A stretch of DNA of 64,000 nt from Eledone cirrhosa (taxonomy: Eukaryota), in contig OZ024743.1 in NCBI GenBank assembly GCA_964016885.1, positions 121,520,001 to 121,584,000 of the forward strand, in the 5' to 3' direction. Below are positions 39,775 to 53,960 of this stretch, in pieces. The position numbers and the translations under genes were made by a program. The notes below the pieces were generated by a model. It was given only the letters and a program-made list of their open reading frames with translations. It was not told where the DNA came from and ran no database searches. Every line of letters begins with the position of its first letter. The first letter of the stretch is position 1.

Positions 39775-41896
39775 AGTAAAAGCGAAGTAGTTTCAGATGT
39801 TCAAGTCCTTTAATAATAATTGTTTCTACTTTAGGCACAAGGCCAGCAATTACCCAGTGCATTACTGGTACTTTATTTTATCGACCCCGTAAGGATAAAA
39901 GGCAAAGTCAACCTCGGCGGGATTTGAACTCAGATCGTAAAGGGACGTAACTATGCTGGAAAGCATGGCGTCCGACCCTCTACCGATACTGCCAATCCAC
40001 TAATGCTGTGATATATATTTCAATGACGACACTGGCCACACTGTTCTGTGTGCGAGTGTCGTGACATCATTAGACAGCTTGTTACATAATAAGGTTATGT
40101 TTCCAAGGCAATCCAAGTTGAATCGACATGGGAACGGACGAAGTGAGTGCTTTGGGGTTCTTCATCCGTTCCCCTGTGAGTACCAATTCACCCCCACAGC
40201 GCAGGCGCATGTCCGAAGGAAGTTGACCATTAGCTACCGCAGATTTCAACGAAATTCGCTTAGTCAGTTCACCCTCTCAGCCAAACAATGACCCATTTAG
40301 GCCTGTACCATAGTTTACTGCTACCCGTCCCGTCTGTGGCAGTCAGCCGAAAGCCAGAGGGTATAGGAGAGTGCTAGTTTTTACAGGTCACAATACTACC
40401 CCTCACCAAGCATGGACAGTACGACTGACCATCAAATCCCAAGAGAAAATATACTTAATTCTAGGTATCATGGTTTTACATTGGAAGTTATGAGTGAGAG
40501 TTGGAAATAAAAATTAAAATCCTAAATCAAAATTTATAAATAAACAATTAAAAAATTAACAATTAGAAATTAAAAGATTTTTCAAGTGAGAATCCGGATT
40601 GAGGTTTTTTTACTCACCTCAATCCGGATTCTCACTTGAAAAATTTACTTGAATATTTACTTGAATATTTACCCTAAGAATTTAGCTCCAATTAGTTGAG
40701 CGCTCTATGATGTAACCGATATGGTGGAGAGAGAGGAACCAACCATGAGCTACCCCTCGAAATTCCCTCTACCATGGGGATGGAAACCCCTGACACTGGA
40801 CGGACATAATAGTAACTTTCGGCAGGAAAAATACGCGGCAACAAAAACTAAGATAAACCCATGTTTTCCTGCACCAAATCGCTTTTGAACAGAAGCCCCC
40901 TCAATACAATCTATACATTGACAAATTGACAATCATATGGATCATTTTGCATATATGTACTCTTTTTGCATATATGTACTATTATTCATTATTGGTTCTT
41001 TTCTTTTGTGTACTTTATATCTGTTTTTCTTTGGTTTTGTTCCATGTGATGGAAATTATGACTGTGTACCAGATTGACTACTGCCTTGAATACTGTAGTT
41101 TACCCTCCGTTCTAATGTACGGCACTATCGTTCAATATGTGGATAGTGTAACTGTGACATTGGAACCCCTCTCAGAACTTCTTACTTAAACATCTCTCTC
41201 CATATTATTTACTCACTTCAATCTATATGTTTTTTACTCACCTCAATCCGGATTCTTACTTGAAAATTTTTTTAATTTCTAATTGTTAATTTTTTAATTG
41301 TTTAATTTATAATTTTTGATTTAGGATTTTAATTTTTATTTCCAACTCTCACTCATAACTTCCAATGTAAAACCATGATACCTAGAATTAAGTATATTTT
41401 CTCTTGGGAGTTGATGGTCAGTTGTACTGTCCATGCTTGGTGAGAGGTAGTATTGTGACCTGTAAAAACTAACACTCTCCCATCCCCTCTGGCTTTCGGC
41501 TGACTGCCACAGTCGGGATGGGTAGCAGTAAACTATGGTACAGGCCTAAATGGGTCATTGTTTGGCTGAGAGGGTGAACTGACTAAGCGAATTTCGTTGA
41601 AATCTGCGGTAGCTAATGGTCAACTTCCTTCGGACATGCGCCTGCGCAGACCGGTGGGGGTGAATTGGTACTCACAGGGGAACGGATGAAGAACCCAAAA
41701 GCACTCACTTCGTCCGTTCCCATGTCGATTCAACTTGGATTGCCTCGGAAACATAACCTTATTATGTAACAAGCTGTTTGATGATGTCACGACACTCGCA
41801 CACAGAACAGTGTGGCCAGTGTCGTCATTGAAATATATATCACAGCATTATTATTAAAGGACTTGAACATCTGAAACTACTTCGCTTTTACTTATT
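39771..41896. repeat. 2.1-kb inverted repeat (about 660-bp arms); a SINE (39820-40000, minus) interrupts the left arm
   Basis: 39771-39820 plus 40001-40645 mirror 41233-41896. Confidence 0.9.
41773..41846 (+). ncRNA. Type I hammerhead with extended stem II (mirror 40005-40078, minus)
   Basis: gcugu UUGAUGA ug..acgacacu..agugucgu ca.. GAAAU auau AUC/ acagc; the mirror has CUAAUGA, so the consensus is CUGAUGA. Confidence 0.7.
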
Positions 41897-43060
41897 CGAT
41901 ATTTACTCGGTCACTCCTATGTGGAAAAAGTACGTTGAGTGCTTGAATTGAATTGCATCAATATTTACCCTAAGTATATATATATATATATATATATATA
42001 ATTTAATTTAACGTTAAATTATTCATAATAACATACCGTATATATATATTTTGTTTAAGTAAAAGGAAATTCAAATACTCATATATGAAAAAAAGCCCCC
42101 CCCCCCCTCCCCTTGTTTGAAGAACTTTGTAACGCGAACTGGCGCGAAATTTATTATAATTATTGACCAACCAATCAAATTACTTCTCTAAAAACCTGGC
42201 GTTTCGAGCCACTTTTATCCATATAAAACAAGTAACATTCAAAGACCAATCAGATGTGAGAAAAACCACAGACCCTCCATCTCAACTCTACTTTTGAAAA
42301 GCAGAAGAACTGCGAAACCGGTAAAAGAACCAAATAAATATATATATTTTTTTTTAAATAAGACTCCAGTTGCATTTTCGATTTCATCTTTCTTTCTTTA
42401 TATATATTTTGTTTATCGTAAACTGGTGAGCCGATTTTCCGATACTCGATTATTCTACTATATTTAGCTCTAGACTTAGCTATTGACCAGTTAATTTTAT
42501 TGTTCATTTTTTGTCGATTCTATTAAATGATGAATAGCTCCTGTTTATTTTAACATGTCTATTGAGCACTCTTATTCGATATGTGATTTCCCACATTACC
42601 GAATATCTTTCGCGGATATAGAGGTTATCTCCCTTGCTGGACACCATGTGCGTCTCAGCTAGGGTTAGCTTTTTTATTCGTTTGGACAAGGCCCGTTGAT
42701 AAAGTATTCCGGTCCGCCGCTCTCTAGAAGTCTTATATATTTTTATGTGGGCTGATAGGGGGCGGATTAAGGAATTACAGAAACCCAAGAAGCTAGATTT
42801 ACCATCTTTCTAGTGGGTCCGGGTAAGCTTTTTACATTCATATGATTTATTGATTTATTGATATTTTATCTGAGTGACCCGAATCTTCCTGATCGTAATT
42901 TTTCGGTCGCATGGGTGATTTTAGACATAATCTTTGTGTGTTGGTATTTTAACGATAGTTATAGCTCTGATTTATCTGAATTATTGAGCCCTCTGCCACT
43001 CATGTCGAATTTGTTTATCGTAAACTCGTGAGCCGATTTTCCGATACTCGATTATTCTAC

Positions 43061-43091
<31 letters not shown>

Positions 43092-43266
43092 ATAACTGAA
43101 CAAAAAGGAAAAACGAACACAGACATATATACATATGTGTTCAAATCGTAACGGACCAAATTCGCTAAGGTGAAAAAAATACTAACTACAGACAATAGGG
43201 TTTTCTAGACTCAATTTAAGAATAAATTAAGAAAAATAAATACAAACCAGTATTGTGGTAACTATT

Positions 43267-43351
43267 ATCACCCAGGCGGTCTTTGATAGAACCGTTTCGC
43301 AATATTATTTGTGAAGAGATATACCAAATTCCAGGCTCATCAGTGAGTGAT
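43267..43351 (-). ncRNA. Type I hammerhead, cleavage triplet mutated to GCC
   Basis: aucacuca CUGAUGA gc..gc GAAAC ggu..acc GCC ugggugau; 8-bp stem I. Confidence 0.7.
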
Positions 43352-43520
43352 GAAATTAGTATCCTCCTCACTTCTCAGTCAAATAGAAAACTGGAAAATG
43401 TGTGTATATATATAACGCACATGGTTCCCGAACGTAGCGTGTCGCGCATACTTACGCCACTAAAAATAGCAGCCAGGTCTACACGACATTTGAAATAGCT
43501 TTACGAATTAATGGAGCCGA

Positions 43521-43648
43521 ATATATCAAAAGCATGTATTGAGTTAGAAACTCAAAATAGTCTCATTACAATAAATTAGCTCTAGAGAGCTAATTTACTG
43601 TAATGAGACTATTTTGAGTTTCTAACTCAATACATGCTTTTGATATAT
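43521..43648. repeat. Near-perfect 128-bp palindrome
   Basis: tatatcaaaagcatgtattgagttagaaactc..agctct ag agagct..gcttttgatata. Confidence 0.9.
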
Positions 43649-43708
43649 ATATGTATAGACATTTCTCCATCGCTTGCGACTGCTGGACTTGAAAACAGTC
43701 GAGAATAT

Positions 43709-44338
43709 AAATAGGATTTAGCTTCAAGCATAGCTTTATACAGATATGTACAGGAATTTCGTATTTCTAAAGAAACTCGGTTTTAGGAAGCCGTAGCTAT
43801 GCAAACACCTGGGCTAACGCCCTCTGGTGGTGTCCAGCAGAAGCAAGGGGGACAACCGTCTATGCATTTCAGGCTTCACTGGCCTTCTTTGGGACGGTCC
43901 CTCCCACCGCTTGCGACAGCACCAAAGGGCGTTAGCCCCGGTGTTTGTATAGCTACGGCTTCCTAAAAGCGTGTTCTTTAGAAATACGAAATTTCTATAG
44001 ATATTTGTATAAAGCTATGCTTGAAGTGAAATGCTATTTCTATTCTATTATAAGTTGAGCCAACTTATGCAGCTTTATATGCAAATGAGATTAATCACCT
44101 CATTTACACAGACGAGAAAACTATATATTCTCCCAAGCGGTGGGAAGGACCGTCCTGAAGAATGCCAGTCAAGCCTGAAATGCATAGACGGTTGTCCCCT
44201 TGCTTCTGCTGGACACCACCAGAAGGCGTTAGCCCAGGTGTTTGCATAGCTACGGCTTCCTAAAATCGTATTTCTTTAGAAATACGAAATTTCTATACAT
44301 ATTTGTATAAAGCTATGCTTGAAGCGAAATCCTATTTC
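43709..44338. mobile_element. Non-coding 200-bp hammerhead-bearing unit in three copies (one inverted, one partial)
   Basis: 43709-43913 (minus), 43925-44040 (plus, partial), 44133-44338 (plus). Confidence 0.8.
44149..44192 (+). ncRNA. Type I hammerhead, canonical core (mirror 43855-43898, minus, degenerate)
   Basis: accguc CUGAAGA augc cagucaa gccu GAAAU gc AUA/ gacggu; 6-bp stem I, palindrome AUGCAU. Confidence 0.85.
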
Positions 44339-44426
<88 letters not shown>

Positions 44427-47400
44427 TTAACAAAACCAATATATATTAACAACACTACATACATATATTCACACGACAAATATACAAAAAAAAGACAAAT
44501 TTATGCACATCACGCACGAATGGGGACTTGGACAAAAGCAGACAGAAATAAAATAAATACATAATAAAATAAATACGGACAGAATAGAAATTAAGCCAGA
44601 AGCCAACTGATTATATAAAGAGAGAGATTGGGTAAAGACAAAACAGTTTAAGATAAATAGAAGTAAGGAAATAGTAGAAGAGTGAACACAAAACTATAAC
44701 ACCAGAAGAAAGAGCTTCGAATTAGTTGATGATAAAGAGATGAGAACGAAGAGGTGAAGAGTGGGGTATAGATACATGGCAGACCTATCAACTCTTCCCG
44801 TCATACGGTGAGATCTCTCACCCACCGCAAAGATGTCTTCTCTTGTGAAAATGGGTATAGCTTTCATTATGTAAAATCTTCCCATTTTACCTCATTTATC
44901 CCCGTTTTGGGGCACGTTTTTTCATGGTACTCTCCCTTTGGGTTTTTAGATGTTGGCAGGTTTGACATGGCCAACAGTCCATAATGAACACAACACACAT
45001 TCAACTACTCAGTCATAAGTAGTACCTATCGATAAGTGTTTGTCAATTAATATATAACGTAAAATTCCGTAAATATACAAATATTTCTCAACTAAAATTA
45101 ATTTTACATAAATTGAAAATAAGGTCCCTATGTAATACCCTCTTTTCCTCATTTCTTCTTTTCTTGACCGTGCATTTCTTTTCGTTTTACTTCTGAATTC
45201 TAAATACTATTTTCTGTTATCATTGACAGGGCTCTAACTACCTGCCTCTCGTTTTACTTTACCTTGATCTTGTCACAAAATTGTAGCCCCTCTATCGATC
45301 CAACTTCACTTTTTACCCTCCTCGCAAATCGTTTATTCCACAATGTTCACACCAGCTCTCACTGACTTATCCCTTTTTCAGCATATGACTTATTTTATTA
45401 ATTTCTTTAATCGCAATCATGTGATTAATGCAACAGCATCTCTATATATTTTCCTCTGCTAATGAGTATATAGAAAGGATTTCTAAGTTTATATATGTAA
45501 ATAAATACGTTGAAATAAATACGTATGAAATGCAATGCTAATAGCCGGGCGGACGTGTGAGTGTTTCGTCGTTACTGGCATGCTGGAAATATATGAATGG
45601 TATCATTATTTCATAACTGACTATGTAATTTTCTTTCTGTTCACTCACATATAAAAGCATAGTGTTGAGTAGAATCAGTAATTCCCCTACATAGAACAAT
45701 ACATTTCAATAACATGTTTATTATTAAATATCAAAATATATAAATTTTCAATCCACTTTATATACACTAATATATTATGAATGTTGGTTTGAATACTGAT
45801 CTAATATCTATATCTAATTCGAAAAAGGGAAGCCACGCTTTGCATTTGTTGCGACAACATCCAATAAACCATTTCTGATTGCATTTAGAAACTGCTTTGT
45901 AATATCTCTCTATACAAAGTAATTACTTAGTGCGCTTCCTATTATTTGACTAAAATTCATTTCAGTTATTACTGCAAAGGTTCGTAATTTATTGAATCAA
46001 TCTCAGCATTCAGTCGAGAAAGAAGATAGGCAACGGAAACCTGACCTAAATTAGAATTCGGAAAAGTGAGGTATCGATCAAATAATTATAATAACGCATC
46101 TGATCTCTCATTCTGTCATTAACATTGCGATTGGTCTAATTCTTGAATTATATTAGTCAATTATATCAATTAGTAAATTATAATATTAATTGTGTTCGCG
46201 ACAATCATAATATCCCTAGTGTCAATCTCACTGTGAGGTATCTTGGTGAAGTATCATTTACTAATTCCTCGATTCTATGCAAGCCTTGTGAGGAAAATCG
46301 GCTAAACGGAAGGTATTTGGAAAGCCTGTTTTATGGACTGTACCTGTAATTCAAAGGACTATACTTGTCATACACTTGCCATACACTTGTCATACACTAC
46401 GAATTATGTGAAGAGTACTCTAGTCTGTGGAATGCTTAGCTACTTGCACGTTAATTTCACGAGAAAATTGTTCTGTTTAATCGAGCAGCTATAACATTCG
46501 CCATCCAAACTGACGAAGATCCATCTCCATTGATATTGATTATATTAATCCATCTCCATTGATATTGATTATATTAATTCTCAGTGGAATCACGTTCTCT
46601 CATTGTTGAGTATATGTATCCTGTAATAGCGTGAATATTATTATATATGGGGTAATATACATATGATATCATAACTTATAAATACAGTAGATAATAGAAA
46701 GTATTTCTAAATATTTAAACACACTATGTGAAGCCAGGACTAGAGACTGTACATTTAATATGGAAACTGGATATTTATTGTACTATACTCATTTAATAAT
46801 AAATTTATCGATTAGAATGAATAGGTATCAGATAAAATCGGGTACATACCTTCAAGTAAAAGTATTTGGAATGTTTTTGACAGCACGTTTTTCACCTAGT
46901 TCGTATTTTAAGTGGTAGTAGCCAATATAATGAGAATATCTAAAATCTTAAATGTATAGTTGATATATGAATCAATGATAAACGTGACTTGATGTCAGAG
47001 TTGAATCATACTAGCAAAATTATAGCTAGCTATATCAATATTGATAGCGCATTGCACAATATAAGAAATGGAATTTCTAAATGAATTCGTGATACCAAAC
47101 GTTTGCTCAGTTAAGATAATTTGAAACAGATAAAAATAACCAATGAGAGGAAAAAACTATATTCTGTGTTTTTACTTTGAGGGAAAATTAATAATTTGCT
47201 CACTACATAAATCCCACGGAATGCACGTCACTTTTAATAAATTCAGTATTATTAAATATAATGAATAAATATTCTTCCATTGTTACAAATTTAGCGGTAT
47301 ATGTGTGATGTTTAACAAGGTAATAAACTCTTGATTTTTTTACATTACATTGTGCAGTACATAATTTTAGTTTGTTGAATATAACTTACAATATGTTTCT

Positions 47401-48687
47401 AAGATCATTACAAACCAGTAGTGTCAGCAAGATGAATGAAAATGTGTAAAATGCTTTTCTTAAGGGCAAAATGTATCACCTATGACTTGATAAAAGCTAT
47501 CAACCCATAAGATGAATTATCTCGACGCTTTATGAATACGGTCACTGCATCTGAACATGATTAGCAAGTGATTAACAGAAGTAACTCTATCTAATGTACA
47601 TCCTTTTCACTGAATATGACTATTACAAGACACACCAGAATATCTATAATAGTATTCTGTACTTTCGTGGATAATAAGATTAACATATCAACTCTCTCTC
47701 CTTAGAGACCATAATTCAGTGTCTAATAATCGATATGAGGAAAGCAACAGCAAATAGATCTACTTTTCTGTTGGTCACAGAGATCAAGAGCAAACTGATG
47801 TACAAAAAGAGTTGGCATTCAATGCTAACAAATTAACTCACAATTCAAACATTCAAATACAAAAGCAATGAACGTAACGTCAAATGATAAGGTAATTCTG
47901 TGCTAGTATTGAAAATGTCGTCTTATTTGCAATGCTAGCTAAAGGTTAACACCAGATAATCATTAGATTTTCCATAGAAACTAGAGAACTCTTTATCATG
48001 CTAAGAAGGGTTATTTGCTCTGTATATTCAACTGACAAATGTTTATCTCACTATTACTTGAAATTAAATTTTCTCATTGCATGTTTCAGGTACTGCCTTT
48101 AGACACAAATATATTTATGGAAATCTAACTTAAGTGTGTATAAAATGTAGAATATTAATGTATAAATATCTATAGCTTCATATTTCTATGCCTGTTTCAG
48201 ACAGACATAAACAGACTAATGTAGATAGGAAAAAGAGAAAGTAGAGGGGGAGATAAAACAGTTTCGGAAAAGAACTATGTATGGAAAAATTATGAATAGA
48301 TTAAAATAATTCACGCTTAGCTTTTTGTGTCACTCTCACAAAGACGTACTTTGAAACACTCAGAAATATTCTTATTGCATATGTGCTACTAACATATTTA
48401 GTTACATCAGAAAGATAATCAAATATTTATACAGTGACCTATAAACGTTACTGCTTTTAAGGCTCATGTAACATTGGTCTTTAATTGAAGTGTATTTACT
48501 TCATAAATAGCAGATATCTGATAGATACATCTGGTAGACAGATATAGTAGATATCTCAAAAATAGGGTAAATAAAGAGAGAGAAAGGGAATGAATAAAAG
48601 ATATAGTGGAAGCATTGGCCCCAGAACGGTCCTTTTTTTCATCGTCATTGAAAGACAAAGTTGACATTGGCGGGAATATATATATAT

Positions 48688-49320
48688 ATATAATGAAGGA
48701 GGTGTGATAAGGAGCCAGATGGACCCTAACGCACCACAGTACTCAATACTTAGGGTAGTAGAGTGGATAATAGGAAAATGTATGACCCCGACGGCAGAGC
48801 TCAAGCCGTTTCGACGACTATTTCTGTACTAAATTAGAATGTTTAGCCTGGTAAATAAATAGCCGAACTTTTCAAGGAGTACTTCCTTATATTATATGGG
48901 AAGATTGTAGTTGTCAAGAGGATTGGTCAAAATTTCTTGTAAACATAATTAAATCTGTCATGGCAGTGGGTGGGAGGTGGTGGTGGCTGAACTCGCCTGT
49001 AGAACAATAAGGGAGTGGGTGGAGCCGGTCAAGCGTTGAAAGTGAAATCTATACAGCAAATTCTAAGGATTGTGTATGAAAGTAGGCCAGAGGAAGTAGG
49101 CGAAAAAGGGTTCTGGAGAAAATAGAGGAGGGACGTTATAGAATAGGTAAATCAATTGAGATTTGGAGACAATAAAAAAATAAGAGAAAGATATATAAAA
49201 ATATAAAATTGGATCATAAAAAAAAAACTGTAGAGTCTAAAACAGCTGCTATATTTAGTTGGGGTTGCTTTTTCGGCCAATGCTATAGAATAGGTTAATA
49301 AGTTGAGAATAGAAGATTCC
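48688..49320 (-). mobile_element. Solo PLE 3' UTR and terminal repeat, same family as 15938-17676
   Basis: Aligns with 15940-16400 and the 17580-17676 tail. Confidence 0.85.
48785..48880 (-). ncRNA. Type I hammerhead, U3:A8 variant, GUC intact
   Basis: acucc UUGAAAA guucggcuauuu..aaauagucguc GAAAC ggc uugagcucu gcc GUC/ ggggu. Confidence 0.75.
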
Positions 49321-49562
49321 TGTAGAATCTATTTTGTCTCTTCGTTACCGATAAAACAGTACAAATATTAATAGATCGGTTCAATTAAGTAAATATCGCT
49401 TATTTAGAAAACGTATAAACATTGCCTTTTTTCCTCATCATCATGGACAGTCCGTCAATTGAAGGCGATGACTGTCCATATAAAATTGTCCAGAATCGTA
49501 TTGTCAAAAGATAAATTTTCTTCGCTGCTGTGTATTAGATTCAAGTGTCCAAGTATAATTTC

Positions 49563-50148
49563 ATTATGTTACGTAAGGGCTTTGACGCCATGCTTTGACG
49601 CATAGAGTTACGCCCCTTTACGGTCTGAGTTCAAATCCCGCCGAGGTTAACTTTGCCTTTCATCCTTAAGGGGTCGATGAAATAAAGTACCAGTAATGTA
49701 CTGGGATAATTGCTGGCCTTGTGCCAAAAGTAGAAATAATTATGTTACGTAAGGGCTGGATTGACAGTATCGGTAGAGGGTCGGACGCCATGCTTTGACG
49801 CATAGAGTTACGCCCCTTTACGGTCTGAGTTCAAATCCCGCCGAGGTTAACTTTGCCTTTCATCCTTAAGAGGTCGATGAAATAAAGTACCAGTAATGTA
49901 CTGGGATAATTGCTGGCCTTGTGCCAAAAGTAGAAATAATTATGTTACGTAAGGGCTGGATTGACAGTATCGGTAGAGGGTCGGACGCTATGCTTTGACG
50001 CATAGAGTTACGGCCCTTGCCATTCTGAGTTCAAATCCCGCCGAGGTTAACTTTGCTTTTCATCCTTACGGGTTCGATAAAATAAAGTACCAGTAATGCA
50101 TTGGTTTATTGCTGGCCTTGTGCCAAAAGTAGAAACAATTACGTTACA
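49563..50148 (+). mobile_element. Tandem trimer of the SINE (period about 200 bp)
   Basis: Three copies bounded by atta(t/c)gttac. Confidence 0.9.
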
Positions 50149-50447
50149 TCTTTGTATCTCATTTAAAATCTACCTTGATTTATCGTACTATTGTGAGTAG
50201 AATACTTGTCAAAGCCAGCGGAGGTTTCATTGCAGCAATATCTGTTATATGCAAAACAGCTTGACTTTCACTAAGATAAGTGTGTCTCTGATCTTGACTT
50301 ACCATGTGGTGTTGAGGATCTGTGTCAGGTGTCTCATCATAAATTCCTGCAATTGGTTTCTGTTGTTTTTGGTTCTTGTTTTGTTTTGTTTGTTTGTTTT
50401 ATGCCTTTCATCAACATCTGACATATGTTTGTTGTTACACAATAGTT

Positions 50448-50518
<71 letters not shown>

Positions 50519-50543
50519 ATATATATATAAATATATATATATG

Positions 50544-50609
<66 letters not shown>

Positions 50610-50747
50610 AGCAAAAGGGATATTCAATTTGTTGGTAAATCAACAAATATAAGTGTTTATAACTGATTCAGAGCACTCGACAGTTTTTGGAGTATAATAT
50701 TCAATGATATTAAATAAATGGGAACTATATTTATAAAACCATATTTA

Positions 50748-50804
50748 TTCTATTATATATATTTCAAGGGTACCAAAACTTTGGTACGCTTTCATCAGAT
50801 AAAA
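50748..50804 (-). ncRNA. Type I hammerhead, intact core
   Basis: uuuuau CUGAUGA aagcguaccaaa gu uuugguacccuu GAAAU auau AUA/ auagaa. Confidence 0.8.
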
Positions 50805-51769
50805 TACGAAGTCTGTTTTATAAATGTTGACATAACCAAGAAAAATACCTTAACGGTTCAAGTTTTCCTTGGATAATGAAGGGATAAGAGAAGAAAAGTC
50901 AGATATTTCAAATTATTAAGATGAGTATGCAAATGAGGTTGAGGTAAAGGGCTGAAAAAACGTTATTTTAGACGCTATGGAGAATTTAAATAATTAGGAT
51001 ATGTGTATGTATGCGTAGGAAAGAAGAAAAAGAAAAAGGAAAAGGAAGAAGAGCTTGTATTTACGTTAATTTGGAGGGAAAAGGTGGAATATTTAAATTT
51101 ATTTACCTATATTATGAGTTATAATATTGTATATATAATCAATTAGATTATATGAAGAATTATGTTTGTAAGTATTTTTATCTTATTACAATAGGTTATA
51201 TGTATATAAATATCTATATAGATTAATAATTGTGCATATATTAGTATTATAGAAATAGAAATAATTTACAATTATTAGTTGTTCATATTTCTAATATGAG
51301 TTACGAAGGAGGTTGATTTTGTATTTTACATAAAAAAAAAGGTGGTTCAAGTTGTGAAAGGAGAACAATTTGTAGATTCGAATATTTTGTTCAACATTGA
51401 AAATGTTTTCAGAATATTGTTAATTTAGCGAAGTTATATAGATTATCGTACATAATATGTTTATGTTTGCACGATTGAGAAAGGAAAGATAACTCCAATC
51501 TTGTTTGTTAACCGTTAAATTTGATGAGTGATTTACTCAGAAAATATATAGAGAAAATTATAGATTATTTTGTGTGAGATTAATTATTTTAGTCGAAAGA
51601 TGTGTGAAAGTTTGAATATCAAAAAGAGAGGAAAACCGTAATGTGCATTTCGAAGAACTATCGTAAAGAGGATAAATTTTCAGAATGTCAATTAAAGATT
51701 ATCAATCTACATCTAAAAAATATATTTAGAGAGGTGTCATTAGGAAAATAATGTCAGAATTAAAAATAT

Positions 51770-51812
<43 letters not shown>

Positions 51813-52438
51813 TATATATATATATTAAAAGAAATTAAAAAAATTAATGTCAAAAGGTAAAAATATTAGAAATATTTTTAAAAAATTAGAAATATTAAAA
51901 ATATTAAAAATATTTAAAAAATTTTCAACAAAATTCAAAGAATTTTTTTAACAAAGTTTTTTCAACAAAATTCAAAGAACGCTGGAATAACGATAAACAC
52001 ACATTTAAGAGGTCCGATAAAAAAATATTCTACTTCACTTTCACATCTAATTTGGAACTTAAAAGACAACAATATAGACTATTCAATATCTTGGAAAGCA
52101 CCAAGAAATATGGCTTTCTCAAAATTCTGTAACTTGTGTATCGAAGAAATTTTTTAACTGTCAAAACTCTATTAATCTTAAAACAGAATTATTTTCTTCT
52201 TGCAGACTTCGCCAAAATTCCACGTTCAGAGCTATTTTTAATTTATAATATACTCCTACAAAATGATCCTATCTTCTTTTAAAATTTAATTGTAATTTTT
52301 TCATTTTTTATTTTTTATTTTTTATTTTTTATTTTTTAATATTTTTAATATTTTTAATATTTCTAATTTTTTTTAACATTTCTAATATGTTTACCTTTTG
52401 ACATAAATTTTTTAATTTTGTTACTATATATATTTTTT

Positions 52439-52527
<89 letters not shown>

Positions 52528-53093
52528 ATATTTTTAATTCTGACATTATTTTTCTAATGACACCCCGCTAAATATATTTTTTAAGATGTAGATTGATAAT
52601 CTTTAATTGACATTCTGAAAATGTATCCCCTTTACGATAGTTCTTCGAAATGCACATTACGGTTTTCTTCTCTTTTTGATATTCAAACTTTCACACATCT
52701 TTCGACTAAAATAATTAATCTCACAAAATAATATATCATTTTCTCTATATATTTTCTGAGTAAATCACTCATCAAATTTAACGGTTATCTTTCCTTTCTC
52801 AATCGTGCAAACATAAACATATTATGTACGATAATCTACTATATAACTTCGCTAAATTAACAATATTCTAAAAACATTTTCAATGTTGAACAAAATATTC
52901 GAATCTACAAATTGTTCTCCTCTCACAACTTGAACCACCCTTTTTTAAGTAAAATACAAAATCTACATCCTTCGTAATTTTTATTTTTATTTTTTTTTTT
53001 TTTTTTTTAAAGATTTTTAATATTTCGAAATTTTTTTAATATTTCTAATATTTTTACCTTTTGACATTATTTTTTTTATTTTTTTACTATATA

Positions 53094-53136
<43 letters not shown>

Positions 53137-53907
53137 AATATTTTTTAATTCTGACATTATTTTCCTTATGACACCCCTCTAAATATATTTTTTTAGATGT
53201 AGATTGATAATCTTTAATTGAAAACATTTTCAATGTTGAACAAAATATTCGAATCTACAAATTGTTCTCCTCTCACAACTTGAACCACCTTTTTTTATGT
53301 AAAATACAAAATCAACATCCTTCGTAACTCATATTAGAAATATAAACAACAAATAATTGTAAATTATTTCTATTTCTATAACATGCACAATTATTAATCT
53401 ATATAGATATTTATATACATGTAACCTATTGTATAACCTATTGTAATGTAATAAGATAAAGATACTTACAACCATAATTCTTCATATAATCTAATTGATT
53501 ATATATACAATATTATAACTCATAATATAGGTAAATAAATTTAAATTTAAACTCTGGAATCATATTCCACCTTTTTCCCCAAAATTAACGTAAATACAAG
53601 CTCTTCTTCCTTTTCCTTTTGCTTTTTCCTTTTTCCTTTTCCTTTTCCTTTTCCTTTTCCTTTTCCTTTTCCTTTTCCTTTTTCTTCTTTCCTACGCATA
53701 CATAAACATATCCTAATTATTTAAATTCTCCATAGCGTCTAAAATAACGTTTTTTTCAGCCCTTTACCTCAACCTCATTTCATACACATCTAAATAATTT
53801 GAAATATCTTACTTTTCTTCTCTTATCCCTTCACTATCCAAGGAAAACTTGAACCGTTAAGGTATTTTTCTTGGTTATGTCAAAATTTATAAAACAGACT
53901 TCGTATG

Positions 53908-53960
53908 TTATCTGATGAAAGCGTACCAAAGTTTTGGTACCCTTGAAATATATATAATAG
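53908..53960 (+). ncRNA. Type I hammerhead, intact core (mirror of 50748)
   Basis: uuau CUGAUGA aagcguaccaaa gu uuugguacccuu GAAAU auau AUA/ auag. Confidence 0.8.

Noticed and set aside
41740-41790. Type II permuted hammerhead reading (GAAACAUAA..UUAUGUA then UUGAUGA)
   Set aside because: Stem II does not pair; the type I fold at 41773-41846 explains the motif better.
49563-50148. Regularly spaced repeats resembling a CRISPR array
   Set aside because: The whole 200-bp unit repeats, there are no unique spacers or cas genes, and the context is eukaryotic.
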